From NCBI GenBank assembly GCA_963757295.1, contig CAVWQZ010000007.1, positions 14,303-78,302 on the forward strand: a stretch of 64,000 bases of DNA. The letters are read 5' to 3'. The position numbers and the translations under genes are program-made. Every line of letters begins with the position of its first letter. Position 1 is the first letter of the stretch. This stretch comes from an uncultured Actinomycetota bacterium. GTDB lineage: Bacteria > Actinomycetota > Actinomycetes > JACCUZ01. The notes below the pieces were generated by a model, which did no database searches, was not told the origin of the DNA, and saw nothing but the letters and a program-made list of their open reading frames with translations. Positions 35,116 to 44,593 of the stretch are shown here, one piece after another.

Positions 35116-35436
35116 CTAGTCCGTGTCTGCGTCCGCCTCGTCCTCCAGGACGTCCATCGCGAACCCGAGCGCCTTGAAGATCGCTCCTGATGCCGCGACC
35201 ACCTTCGGCCCACCAGTGACGGGGGCGACGGCGACGAGCACCCCTTGGACGTCCTCAAGGGTGAGGCCGACCTCGGAGGCTGCGCCCAGGTTGAGCAAGT
35301 AGGACGCCGGCGGAGCCCCGACGGCGGCGAGCGCGGCGACCCGCACGAGCATCAGCTCGCGGTCGACCAGGCCGGCACGCTCCAGCGATGCGGCGGTCAT
35401 GTCCGCCAATGTGTCGAGCAGGGGTGTTTCGCTCAT
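35116..35436 (-). CDS. carboxymuconolactone decarboxylase (AhpD-like) family protein, intact
   Basis: A 106-aa ORF containing ELMLVRVAALAAVGAPPASYLLNLGAASEVGLTLEDVQGVLVAVAPVTGGPKVVAASGAI. Confidence 0.7.
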   Translation of the reverse strand: MSETPLLDTLADMTAASLERAGLVDRELMLVRVAALAAVGAPPASYLLNLGAASEVGLTLEDVQGVLVAVAPVTGGPKVVAASGAIFKALGFAMDVLEDEADADTD

Positions 35437-35703
35437 GAACTCTTTCCCTTCGAGTCGGGTCGTTGCGAACGCGCTCCACTGAGATGGGAGCGAAACGCTG
35501 CCGGGTGACAGACGCCTGGCGACGGGGCACCGGACGGGCCCGTGGACCCATCCACGCGCAACGTAGTCAGCCTGGGGACACCTGGCCTCACCCGCTCCGG
35601 GTGGTTCCCTGTTCTTCGCGGCGAGCCGGACTCAACGGTCGTGCCATCTCGTTCGCCTCGGCGTTCCTGTCACCCGCTGCCGCAGGCCAGCCCATGCCTG
35701 TCA

Positions 35704-36132
35704 TTAGGCCGGCGGCTCACCAGGGCCAGCCTTGTCGCCGAGCCCGAACGCATCAGAAAGTCGCATCGGCCGTGGCGGCGCCGGCATTGGCGGGGCCGCC
35801 GACGGTTCCAGCGGAGAAGTCTGGCCGTCTCGCAGCCAGCGGCCGATCGCGTTGTCGCCTTCAGCAAGCACAGGCCCGAGGACGGCGCCGCCAGTCACGA
35901 GGAACGCAAACCCGGTGAACCATGTCACGAAGGCGAGAGCGATTCCGAACGAGCCGAACTGTTCGTCCTGTTCGGTCATCGCTCTTGGCATCCACAGTGT
36001 TGCGGCCAGGGTGTAGGCCCAACTCCTGCAGGGCTGACCGCCTGGATGGTCAACAGGCGTCGCTGGCGACGTTGGCTGGCAACATCGCATCACCCCGGGC
36101 GTCTGGGAAGCGAGGAAGTACGGTCTGCTCAT
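35704..36132 (-). pseudogene. possible C-terminal fragment of a YihY/BrkB-family membrane protein
   Basis: DEQFGSFGIALAFVTWFTGFAFLVTGGAVLGPVLAE resembles the last TM segments of actinobacterial YihY proteins. The upstream part is not recoverable in any single frame. Confidence 0.4.
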
Positions 36133-36494
36133 GGTCGGGCGGTGGTGGAACGCGGGGACCCGCCGTAGCTACCTGTCCGTTGTTGCCCCGAACCGGGCGC
36201 GGGGGGCTCGTACTCGCTCTGCAGGCCTTTCTGCGGCAGGGCCGAGGAACCCTTCGGGCCATCGCAGCCCTCGCGGTGTCCTGAGGGATCAACGCGGGCG
36301 GATCGTCGCCCGACAAGCAGCTCGCCGCCATCGGCCTCGACTTCGAGAGGATGGAGTCGATGGCACCGAGGTACGCAGGATGATTCGCTTGGACCGGGGC
36401 AGGCGCGGGTCGCAGACCTCGAGGTCCTGAGTCCTCATGCCGCTGGTCGCGGGGACATTCCGTGACCGTTGGATGGACATTGGATGACCGTTGA

Positions 36495-36569
36495 CAGCTG
36501 ATGTCAACCGTCAGGCAATGTCCTGGCTCGCTCGATCAGCAATGTCCCTGACTCGGTCAGCAATGTCCG
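36495..36569. repeat. right copy of the ~77-nt direct repeat
   Basis: CAGCTGATGTCAACCGTCAGGCAATGTCCTGGCTCGCTCGATCAGCAATGTCCCTGACTCGGTCAGCAATGTCCG. It is about 92 percent identical to 34410..34486 outside a short divergent stretch. Confidence 0.75.
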
Positions 36570-36605
36570 GGATCCGGTGAAGGGGACATTGACGTCGGCG
36601 CGACG

Positions 36606-36637
36606 GAGCCCCGGCCTCAGCGATGGGGTCGGGGCTC
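36606..36637. terminator. hairpin, possible terminator for the minus-strand gene at 36770..36958
   Basis: GAGCCCC / GGGGCTC stem around an 18-nt loop, with additional internal pairing possible. Confidence 0.35.
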
Positions 36638-36769
36638 AGGGTGACGTCGGGCTCGGGCAGGCGTTGGAGTGAAACGCTCGCGCTGGCCATCACCACACAA
36701 GCGAACCGAGCGGAGCAAGTTGCTTGGGCGTCGGAGGACCTCGCCGGCCGAGCGAACAGAAGTGTGCCG

Positions 36770-36958
36770 CTACCCGACTGGGCGCTTCAGCAACGCGACC
36801 GGCCACGCGATGAGGTCGCCCTTCTTGAGGGAGAGACCCACTGCCTCCCACCCTTCCGCGCCCAACGCGTTCAGGTGATCAGGGGCAAGGTCCCCGGACT
36901 TCTTCACGCCTGTGGCCTCGTCCAGTGCAACGACTCGGTACTCCCACTTCTGCATCAT
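36770..36958 (-). CDS. DUF4177-like small protein
   Basis: MMQKWEYRVVALDEATGVKKSGDLAPDHLNALGAEGWEAVGLSLKKGDLIAWPVALLKRP. Confidence 0.6.
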   Translation of the reverse strand: MMQKWEYRVVALDEATGVKKSGDLAPDHLNALGAEGWEAVGLSLKKGDLIAWPVALLKRPVG

Positions 36959-37176
36959 GGCCCCAGCATCATCGTCCGAACCACGTCGGCGGTAGGGCCG
37001 AAGGACCCGCATACGTGCCCCTCCCGCGCACCCGACCCGGCATGGTCGTCGGCTGCGAAGCCTCATCGTCTTCCGCGCCGACGATCTGTCCGCTCATCGC
37101 CATGAGATCGCGATTGGCGGGAGAATGTCCTCGCGGGCGGCGGGCACAGGTGACGGCGGAGCTCATCGGCGCAACG

Positions 37177-38938
37177 ATGTGGTCCATGTCCGACCCCTCC
37201 ACCCGCACCGATCCGGTGATCGCGCGCCTAGCGCCAGGCATCGCGAGCTTGTGGTCGTACAAGCCGAAGTGGCTGCGCCAGGATCTGGTTGCCGGACTGG
37301 TCCTGACCGCGCTGCTCGTGCCGCAGGGGATGGCGTACGCCGAGCTGGCAGGTCTGCCGCCGATCACCGGGCTGTACACGACCATCCTGTGTCTCATCGG
37401 CTACGCGGTGTTCGGACCGTCCCGGGTTCTGGTGCTGGGCCCCGACTCGGCGCTGGGCCCGATGATCGCGGCGACGGTGATCCCGCTGGCTGCAGCCGAG
37501 GGAGATCCCAGCCGCGCCGTGGCCTATGCCTCGCTGTTGGCATTGATGGTGGGCGCGATAACCGTGCTAGCCGGAGTCTTCAAGCTCGGGTTCGTCGCCG
37601 AGCTCTTGTCCAAGCCGACGCAGATCGGGTACATGAACGGGTTGGCGCTGACCATCGTGGTCGGCCAGCTGCCCAAGCTCTTCGGCTTCTCGGTCGACGC
37701 CGATGACCTGATCGAGTCGGCGGCCGGGTTTGTGCAGGGCGTTGCCGACGGCGACACGGTGGGGGCAGCGCTGGCGGTCGGCGTAGCGAGTCTGGTCCTG
37801 ATCCTGGGCTTCCAACATCCGCTCCCTCGCGTTCCGGGCGTTCTGATCGCCGTGGTGCTCGCGATCGCGGCGGTGAACCTCTTCGACCTGCAGGACCGCG
37901 GCGTGCGGGTGGTTGGGCCGATGCCGGAGGGCGTTCCACCGTTCACGGTGCCTACCGTTCCGCTCGACGACCTGTGGCTGCTGGTCGCTGGCGCGCTGGG
38001 AATCGCGTTGGTGTCGTTGACCGACACGATCTCGACGGCGTCGGTGTTCGCCGCCCGCACCGGGGCCGAGGTCGACGGCGACCGCGAGATGGTCGGCGTC
38101 GGGGCAGCAAACCTCGCCGCGGGCTTCTTCCAGGGGTTCCCGGTCAGCACCAGCGGATCCCGCACGGCCGTGGCCGCGCAGAACGGCGCCAAGACCCAGT
38201 TGACCGGTCTGGTAGGGGCAGCGGCCATCCTCCTGCTCCTGATCTTCGCGCCCGGGCTGCTGCGTGACCTGCCCCAGCCCGCGCTCGCCGCCGTGGTCAT
38301 CGCCGCCTCGATGTCGTTGGCCGACATCGGTGGGCTGCGGCGGCTGCGGCGGCAACGGAGGTCGGACTTCCTCCTGGCCCTGGCAGCGTTCCTCGGTGTC
38401 GCCTTCCTCGGCGTCCTGCCCGGAATCGCGATCGCGGTCGGGCTCTCGATCATCAACGTGTTCAGGCGGGCCTGGCGGCCACACCAGGCCGTGCTCGGGC
38501 GTGTCGAAGGCATGGCCGGGTATCACGACTCCCAGTTCACCCCCACAACGCACCATCTGCCGGGTCTGGTCATCTACCGGTTCGACGCCCCGCTGTTCTT
38601 TGCGAATGCGCGAACCTTCCGAGACCAGGTCCGGCATCTCGCGAGGAGCTGAGCCTCGCCCACAGTGGATCGTTGTGGCAGCCGAGCCGATCACCGATGT
38701 CGACACCACGGCGGCTGACATCCTGGAAGATCTCGACCTCGAGTTGAACGCCGACGGGATCAGCCTGGTGTTCGCCGAGCTCAAGACCCCCGTGCGTCAG
38801 AAGATCGAACGCTACGAGCTCACCGAGACCATCAACCCAGACCATTTCTTCGAAACCATCACCGAAGCGGTCGAGGCGTTCCGCGAGCAGACCGGCGCGC
38901 AATGGACCGAAGGCCCTGGCCCCTTCGCACTACGTTGA
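37177..38938 (+). CDS. SulP-family anion transporter with a C-terminal STAS domain (copy 1), one frameshift at about 38650
   Basis: LRQDLVAGLVLTALLVPQGMAYAELAGLPPITGLYTT, VSLTDTISTASVFA, GAANLAAGFFQGFPVSTSGSRTAV, and the STAS part VIYRFDAPLFFANARTF...WIVVAAEPITDVDTTAADILEDLDLELNADGISLVFAELK. Confidence 0.9.
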
Positions 38939-39258
38939 GCAGGGGCTAAGGCTCCGCTCGACGCTTCAGCTACCTCAAGGTTCGTCTCGGCGGTCGGTGG
39001 CGCATCCATCGAGCTGCTCCGACTCGGTCATCGACGTGAGGGTCGAGGTCACGCGGAATATCCCGTGGGCGCCCCGCTCCGTGTGGGCAGGAAAGCGGGT
39101 GGCGGCGGTAGCGGATGAGCGCGGCCTGCTGGTGATAGACGCGGGATCGGGCCCGCGGCGAGGCCCTGACGTCCTGGTCGATGGATGCGGGCGGGGACCG
39201 CCGACTGCCCTTCCCAGCGCACCGCGGCCCGGCTAGAGCCCCGCCGTACGATCGCCGG

Positions 39259-40112
39259 GTGAGAGCGGCCGGGGTGGTGCTCGCGGGGGGCCGTTCGTCG
39301 CGGATGGGCGCGCCCAAGGCCTCCCTGGAGTGGCACGGCTCGACCCTGCTGCGTCGCACCTGCGGCGTGCTCCGCCGAGCCGGTCTCGAGCCGGTCGTGG
39401 TGGTGAGCGCCGCCGGCCAGGCGCTGCCGGACCTGCCGCCGGACGTCGAGGTGCTCGACGACCCGCGCGAGGGCCTGGGACCGCTGCAGGGCATGGCCGT
39501 CGGCCTGGGCGCGCTGCACGGCCGCGCCGACGTGGCCTTCGTCTGCTCCACCGACCTGCCGTTCCTGCACGCCGAGCTGGTCCGCCGGGTGCTGCGGCCG
39601 TTCGCCGCTCCCGGCGGCGACGCCCTCGACGTGGTGCTCCCGGTGGCGCGGGGCTACCCGCAGCCGCTGGCCGCGGCCTACCGCACCGGCTCGCGCCGCG
39701 GGTGGCCGCCCTGGTCGCCGCCGACCGGCTGCGGCCGGCCTTCGTCTTAGAGGGCGCCGAGGTGCTCCGGCTGGACGACGACGCATTGCTGGCCGACCCC
39801 GCCCTGCGGGCCGCCGACCCGACGCTGGAGTCGGTCGTCAACGTCAACGAGCCGGCCGACTACGAGATCGCCCGGGCCAGGCCGGAGCCGTCGGTGACCG
39901 TCGAGTGCTTCGGCGTGCTGGCCTCGCGGGCCGGCCGCGGGCCGCGGACCGTGCGGGCCGGCACCGTGGGCAGCGCCGCCCGCGCGGTGGACCTGACGCT
40001 GGACCGGCACGTCCTCGCCGCCGTCAACGGTGAGCAGACCAGCCGGGACGCCGAGCTGCCGCTGCTCTCCGGCGACACGGTCGCGTTCCTCGCCGCGGAC
40101 TCCGACGGATGA
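39259..40112 (+). CDS. mobA: molybdenum cofactor guanylyltransferase MobA fused to a MoaD/ThiS-like beta-grasp tail; one frameshift at about 39690
   Basis: AAGVVLAGGRSSRMGAPKASLEW, LDDPREGLGPLQGMAVGL, FVCSTDLPFL and VVNVNEPADYE. An extra ~75 aa, VTVECFGVLASRAG...AAVNGEQTSRDAELPLLSGDTVAFLAADSDG, follows. Confidence 0.75.
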
Positions 40113-40131
40113 CGCCACCCGAGACTGCTGG

Positions 40132-41475
40132 CTAGCAGCGGCATCCGCGGACGACCTGACGCCACCCTACGCGGCCGAGCTCCGGGCTGGGTAGCTGCGC
40201 TCGTTGTCGCCGATCGGGAGGCTGGCTGCGCCGGCATCCGTCACCGTGCTGGTCGCGCCACGGCAGCTCGAGGTAGACCACTTCGTCGTCCTTGGCGGCG
40301 CCGTTCGGACCAACGACCGCAAGCCCGGACGCGCCGACGAGCCCGCGCAGCATCGCCGACCCGCAGGACGGCTGTAGCTCGGCGATGCCGGTCGGTCCAC
40401 GCCGCACCGGAAGCAGGCGGTGGCCGTCGCCGGCACGTCCCGGCGCGTCGTCGCCCAGCCGCACCGTGCTCGGCGGACGCCGCAGTTGCCCGTGCAGGGC
40501 TCCGAGCAGCGGCTCGAGGAGGGTAAGCAGGGCGACGCAGGCGGCGAGGGGGTTGCCGGGCAACCCGACGAGCCAGCGGTCGCCGGGCAGAGAGGCGAGC
40601 AGCATCGGGTGTCCCGGCTTGACGTCGACGCCGTCCACCAGCAGCCGGCCGCCGACCTGGTTGAGCGCGGCGTGCACGTGGTCGTATGCGCCGACGCTCG
40701 TACCGCCTGTCGTGACGACCACATCGGCGTCACTACCGCCAATCGTCGTGGAGAGCGCCTCGAGGGTGTCTGGCAACCTGCTGACGCACCGAGGGGGAGC
40801 GCCGAGAGCTGCCAGCCATCCCGGAAGTTGCGGCCCCAGCGCGTCACGCGTCCGGCCAGGGCCGGCGAGGCCGGAGTCGAGGAGCTCGTCGCCCAGGACG
40901 AGCACGTCAACCGTGGCGGCGCGGACGACGAGCAGGTCGTCATTGCCGGCGGCAGCCGCGAGGCCGAGCACCGGCGGAGTGACGACGGCTCCGGCGGCCA
41001 GCAGCACGTCACCAGTGCGTGCCTCCTCGCCTCTGGCGCGGATGTGGGACCGCGCCGCTGACCCCGGCGTCCGGCCGTTGGCTGGTCGGACTCCTGCCCG
41101 GTCACGGACCGAGTCCTCCACCGGCAGCACGGCGTCGGTGCCGTCGGGGACGGTGGCTCCGGTGGCGATACGCGCGCACTGTCCCGGGCGAAGGCGCTGG
41201 GCGGAGACCCGGCTGGCCGGGTGGTCGGAGACGATCCGCCACGGGGGTGCTCCTGAGACCGCCCACCCGTCCATCGCGGAGTTGTCGGATGGCGGCAGGT
41301 GGTTGCGCGCAACGAGGTCGGCCGCCAGGACGCGACCCAGCGCGTCGGCGAGTGGCAGGCGGACCGGCGCCAGCCGAGCCGCCTGAGCGGCGACCAGCCG
41401 TGCCTCCGGCCACGGCGTTCCGCCGAGTCGGCGGGTTCGCCCGCGTGCGGTGGACTGCGTCGGTGCAGAGGTCAT
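40132..41475 (-). CDS. moeA: molybdopterin molybdotransferase MoeA, intact frame
   Basis: LPPSDNSAMDGWAV, ARIATGATVPDGTDAVLPVE, VVTTGGTSVGAYDHV, VDVKPGHPMLLA and VGLPGNPLAACV. The ATG overlaps the narI stop (ATGA). Confidence 0.85.
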   Translation of the reverse strand: MTSAPTQSTARGRTRRLGGTPWPEARLVAAQAARLAPVRLPLADALGRVLAADLVARNHLPPSDNSAMDGWAVSGAPPWRIVSDHPASRVSAQRLRPGQCARIATGATVPDGTDAVLPVEDSVRDRAGVRPANGRTPGSAARSHIRARGEEARTGDVLLAAGAVVTPPVLGLAAAAGNDDLLVVRAATVDVLVLGDELLDSGLAGPGRTRDALGPQLPGWLAALGAPPRCVSRLPDTLEALSTTIGGSDADVVVTTGGTSVGAYDHVHAALNQVGGRLLVDGVDVKPGHPMLLASLPGDRWLVGLPGNPLAACVALLTLLEPLLGALHGQLRRPPSTVRLGDDAPGRAGDGHRLLPVRRGPTGIAELQPSCGSAMLRGLVGASGLAVVGPNGAAKDDEVVYLELPWRDQHGDGCRRSQPPDRRQRAQLPSPELGRVGWRQVVRGCRC

Positions 41476-42229
41476 CGACCCCACCCGCTCCCAGCCGCGC
41501 GTGCGGCTTGCGGCTGCCGAGGGCGTCGTCGCGTGACCGGTACACGATGTAGGGACGGGTGAGGTAGCCCAGCGGTGCGCTGAAGACGTGCACCAGCCGG
41601 GTGAAGGGCCACAGCGCGAACAGCGCGAAGGCGGCCAGGGCGTGCAGCTGGAACCCGATGGGCGCCGCTGCCATCAGCTCCGGCTGCGGGTCGAGCCGGA
41701 AGATGCCGCGGAACCAGATCGAGACGCCGTCGCGGTAGTCGTAGTCGCCGACGAGGTTGGCCACCACCGTGTTGACCAGGCCGAGGACGATGACGGTGCC
41801 GAGGACGGCGTACATCGCCTTGTCCATGCGGGTGGTGGCCGAGAACACGGGGCCGACGGTGCGTCGGCGGTAGATCAGGATCGCCATGCCGACGACGGTG
41901 CAGACCCCGGCCACCGAGCCGATCCCGACGGCCGAGGCGTGGTACATGCCCTCGGAGACGCCGACGGCCTCGGTCCACGACTTCGGGATGCCCAGGCCCA
42001 TGACGTGCCCGAGGATCACGAAGAGCAGGCCGAAGTGGAACAGCGGGCTGCCGAGGCGCAGCAGCCTGCTCTCGTAGAGCTGGGAGGACCGGGTGGTCCA
42101 GCCGAACTTGTCGTAGCGGTAGCGCCACCAGTGCCCGACGGCGAACACGGCCAGGCAGACGTACGGCACCACCACCCACAGCAGCGTGTCGACGGTGCCG
42201 ACCTCGGTGACGCTCTCGGCCGCGGTCAT
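41472..42229 (-). CDS. narI: respiratory nitrate reductase gamma subunit NarI; the frame near the 3' end is uncertain
   Basis: LLWVVVPYVCLAVFAVGHWWRYRYDKFGWTTRSSQLYESRLLRLGSPLFHFGLLFVILGHVMG (haem-ligand histidines) and FQLHALAAFALFALWPFTRLVHVFSAPLGYLTRPYIVYRSR. Confidence 0.9.
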
Positions 42230-42905
42230 CGTCGGGTCGCCTCAGTGCGGTCGGACGGTCGGCGGGTGGGGAAGGGCAACGACACCGGCATCGCTTCCGG
42301 CGGCGCGAAGGGAGCCAGGCCGACCTCCTCGGTGGGCGGGCCTTGTACGGCCAGCCGGTGCACCGCTTCGCGCTCGTCGCCGGCGAGTGCCGGCAGGGTG
42401 GAGGTGACGGCCCGCAGCACGTCGACGTACGGCGAGCGGGCGTCCTCCAGCGCCAGCCGCAGCAGCTCGATCCCCGCCCGGTGGTCCAGCAGCAGCTGCC
42501 GCCCGCCGCGTGGGTCGGTGCCGGCGTACTCCAGGACGACGGCCAGGTGGTCGGGCAGCTCGTCCGCGCCGAGCTCGAGACCGGCAGCGCGGTAGGCGGT
42601 CTTGAACTCGAGCAGCGCCATCCCGCGCTTGCGGGTGTCGCCGTGGGCGTAGTAGGTGAGGTAGAGGCAGCAGCGCCGCTTGTGGTCGAACGTCTCGACG
42701 AAGTGCCGGGCCAGGTCCAGCGTCGGTGTCTCGCCGGCATGGGTCAGGAACCTTCGCAGCGGCGCGGCCGCCGGGTCCGGCAGCAGCGTCGACCTCGGCG
42801 GCGAGGGCCGGCAGCTGCGCGGCCAGCGCCTCGTCGGGGTAGCCGAGCAGGACCGAGGCGATCTGCCACGTGGCGGCGCGACGTCGTCGTCCGGGTGCGC
42901 CTCAT
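42226..42905 (-). CDS. narJ: nitrate reductase chaperone NarJ, frameshifted near the N-terminus
   Basis: WQIASVLLGYPDEAL, then ETFDHKRRCCLYLTYYAHGDTRKRGMALLEFKTAYRAAGLELGADELPDHLAVVLEYA. Confidence 0.8.
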
Positions 42906-42911
42906 GGCCCG

Positions 42912-44593
42912 TCACCGCCCGGTGGGCCGCTGCGTCGTCGTCGGGTTCGCGCGGCGGGAACAGGCCGGGTGGTGTGCCCCGGCCGTCCCAGTTGAGCAGG
43001 TTGACCCGGCTCGCCTTGTCGTCCGGGGCGACGATGGTGTCGGAGGTCTGCCGGGCCTGCAGCATCTGGAAGTTCTCGACCGCGATCGGGGTGGCGCCGC
43101 CGGATCCCTCGCCGAACGGTCCGGAGCCGCCCATGCCGGGCCCGCCTTCGTAGTCGAGGCTGCACTCGGTGGCGAGCTCCTCGAGGGAGTGCGCCTGCTC
43201 GGCGTGCGCGGGCGGGATGACGTAGCGCTCGTCGTACTTCGCGATCGCGAGCAGCCGGTACATGTCGTACATCTGCTCGCCGGTCATCCCGACGGCCGCC
43301 GCGATGCTCTCGTCGGGGTCGCGGCCCATGTTGATGTCGCGCATGTAGCAGCGCATCGCGGCGAGCTTGTGCAGCACGGCGTCGACCGGGGCGACGTCGC
43401 CGGCGGTGAACAGCTCGGCGAGGTACTCGACCGGGATGCGCAGGGCGTCGATGGCGGCGAACAGGTTGCCCTTGTCCTCGGCGTCGTAGCCGGTGTCCTT
43501 GACGACGTCGACGACCGGCGACAGCGGCGGGATGTACCAGACCATCGGCATGGTGCGGTACTCCGGGTGCAGCGGCAGCGCCACCTTGTAGGTGTTGATC
43601 AGCGCGTGGATCGGGGAGCGCTGCGCGGCCGACATCCAGTCGCGCGGGATGCCCGCCTGCTCGGCCGCGCGCACCACCTCGGGGTCGTTCGGGTCGAGGA
43701 ACACCGACCGCTGCGCCTCGTAGAGGTCGTGGTCGTCCTCGGTGGACGCCGCCTCGAGCACCTTGTCGGCGTCGTAGAGGATCAGGCCGATGTAGCGCAG
43801 CCGCCCGACGCAGGTCTCGGAGCAGACGGTGGGGATGCCGACCTCGATGCGCGGGAAGCAGAACGTGCACTTCTCCGCCTTGCCGGTGCGGTGGTTGAAG
43901 TAGATCTTCTTGTACGGGCAGCCGCTCACGCACTGCCGCCAGCCGCGGCAGCGGTCCTGGTCGACCAGGACGATGCCGTCCTCGGACCGCTTGTAGATCG
44001 CCCCGGACGGGCAGGACGCGGCGCAGGACGGGTTGAGGCAGTGCTCGCAGATGCGCGGCAGGTAGAACATGAAGGTCTGCTCGAACTCGAACTTCACCTT
44101 GTCGGCGATGTTCTTGAGCAGCACGTCCTTGTCGCCGTGGTCGGGCGAGCCGCCGAGGTCGTCGTCCCAGTTGGCCGACCACTCGATCTTCATGTCCTTG
44201 CCGGAGATCAGCGACTTCGGCCGGGCGACCGGGGTGTGCTCCTGCAGCGGGGCGTTGGTCAGCGTCTCGTAGTCGTAGGTCCACGGCTCGTAGTAGTCGT
44301 CGAGGCCGGGCAGCGTCGGGTTGGAGAAGATGGTCGAGCAGCTTGCGCAGCCGGCCGCCGCCCTTGAGGGCGAGCCGGCCGCGCTTGTTCAGCGTCCAGC
44401 CGCCGCGCCACCTCTCCTGGTCCTCGTAGCGGCGCGGGTAGCCCTGGCCGGGCCGGGTCTCGACGTTGTTGAACCACACGTACTCGACGCCGCTGCGGTT
44501 GGTCCACGCCTGCTTGCAGGTGACCGAGCAGGTGTGGCAGCCGATGCACTTGTCGAGGTTCATCACCATCGCCATCTGGGCCATGACCTTCAT
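42912..44593 (-). CDS. narH: nitrate reductase beta subunit NarH, one frameshift at about 44200; 3' end approximate
   Basis: MKVMAQMAMVMNLDKCIGCHTCSVTCK, YLPRICEHCLNPSCAASCPSGAIYKR, DQDRCRGWRQCVSGCPYKKIYFN, CTFCFPRIE and CSETCVGRLRY. The ATG overlaps the narG stop. Confidence 0.93.

Noticed and set aside
38939-39258. A possible gene in the 320-nt gap between SulP copy 1 and mobA (ORFs 38997..39236 plus and 38970..39551 minus)
   Set aside because: Neither translation shows a recognisable motif, both are Arg/Pro-rich, and the minus ORF is antisense to mobA. There is not enough evidence to call a feature.
42226-44193. An apparent NarH-NarJ fusion protein (655-aa ORF)
   Set aside because: The NarJ N-terminus (WQIASVLLGYPDEAL) lies in a different frame, with its own ATG at 42905 and an out-of-frame TGA at 42912..42914. 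The fusion is best explained by indels at the gene boundary.
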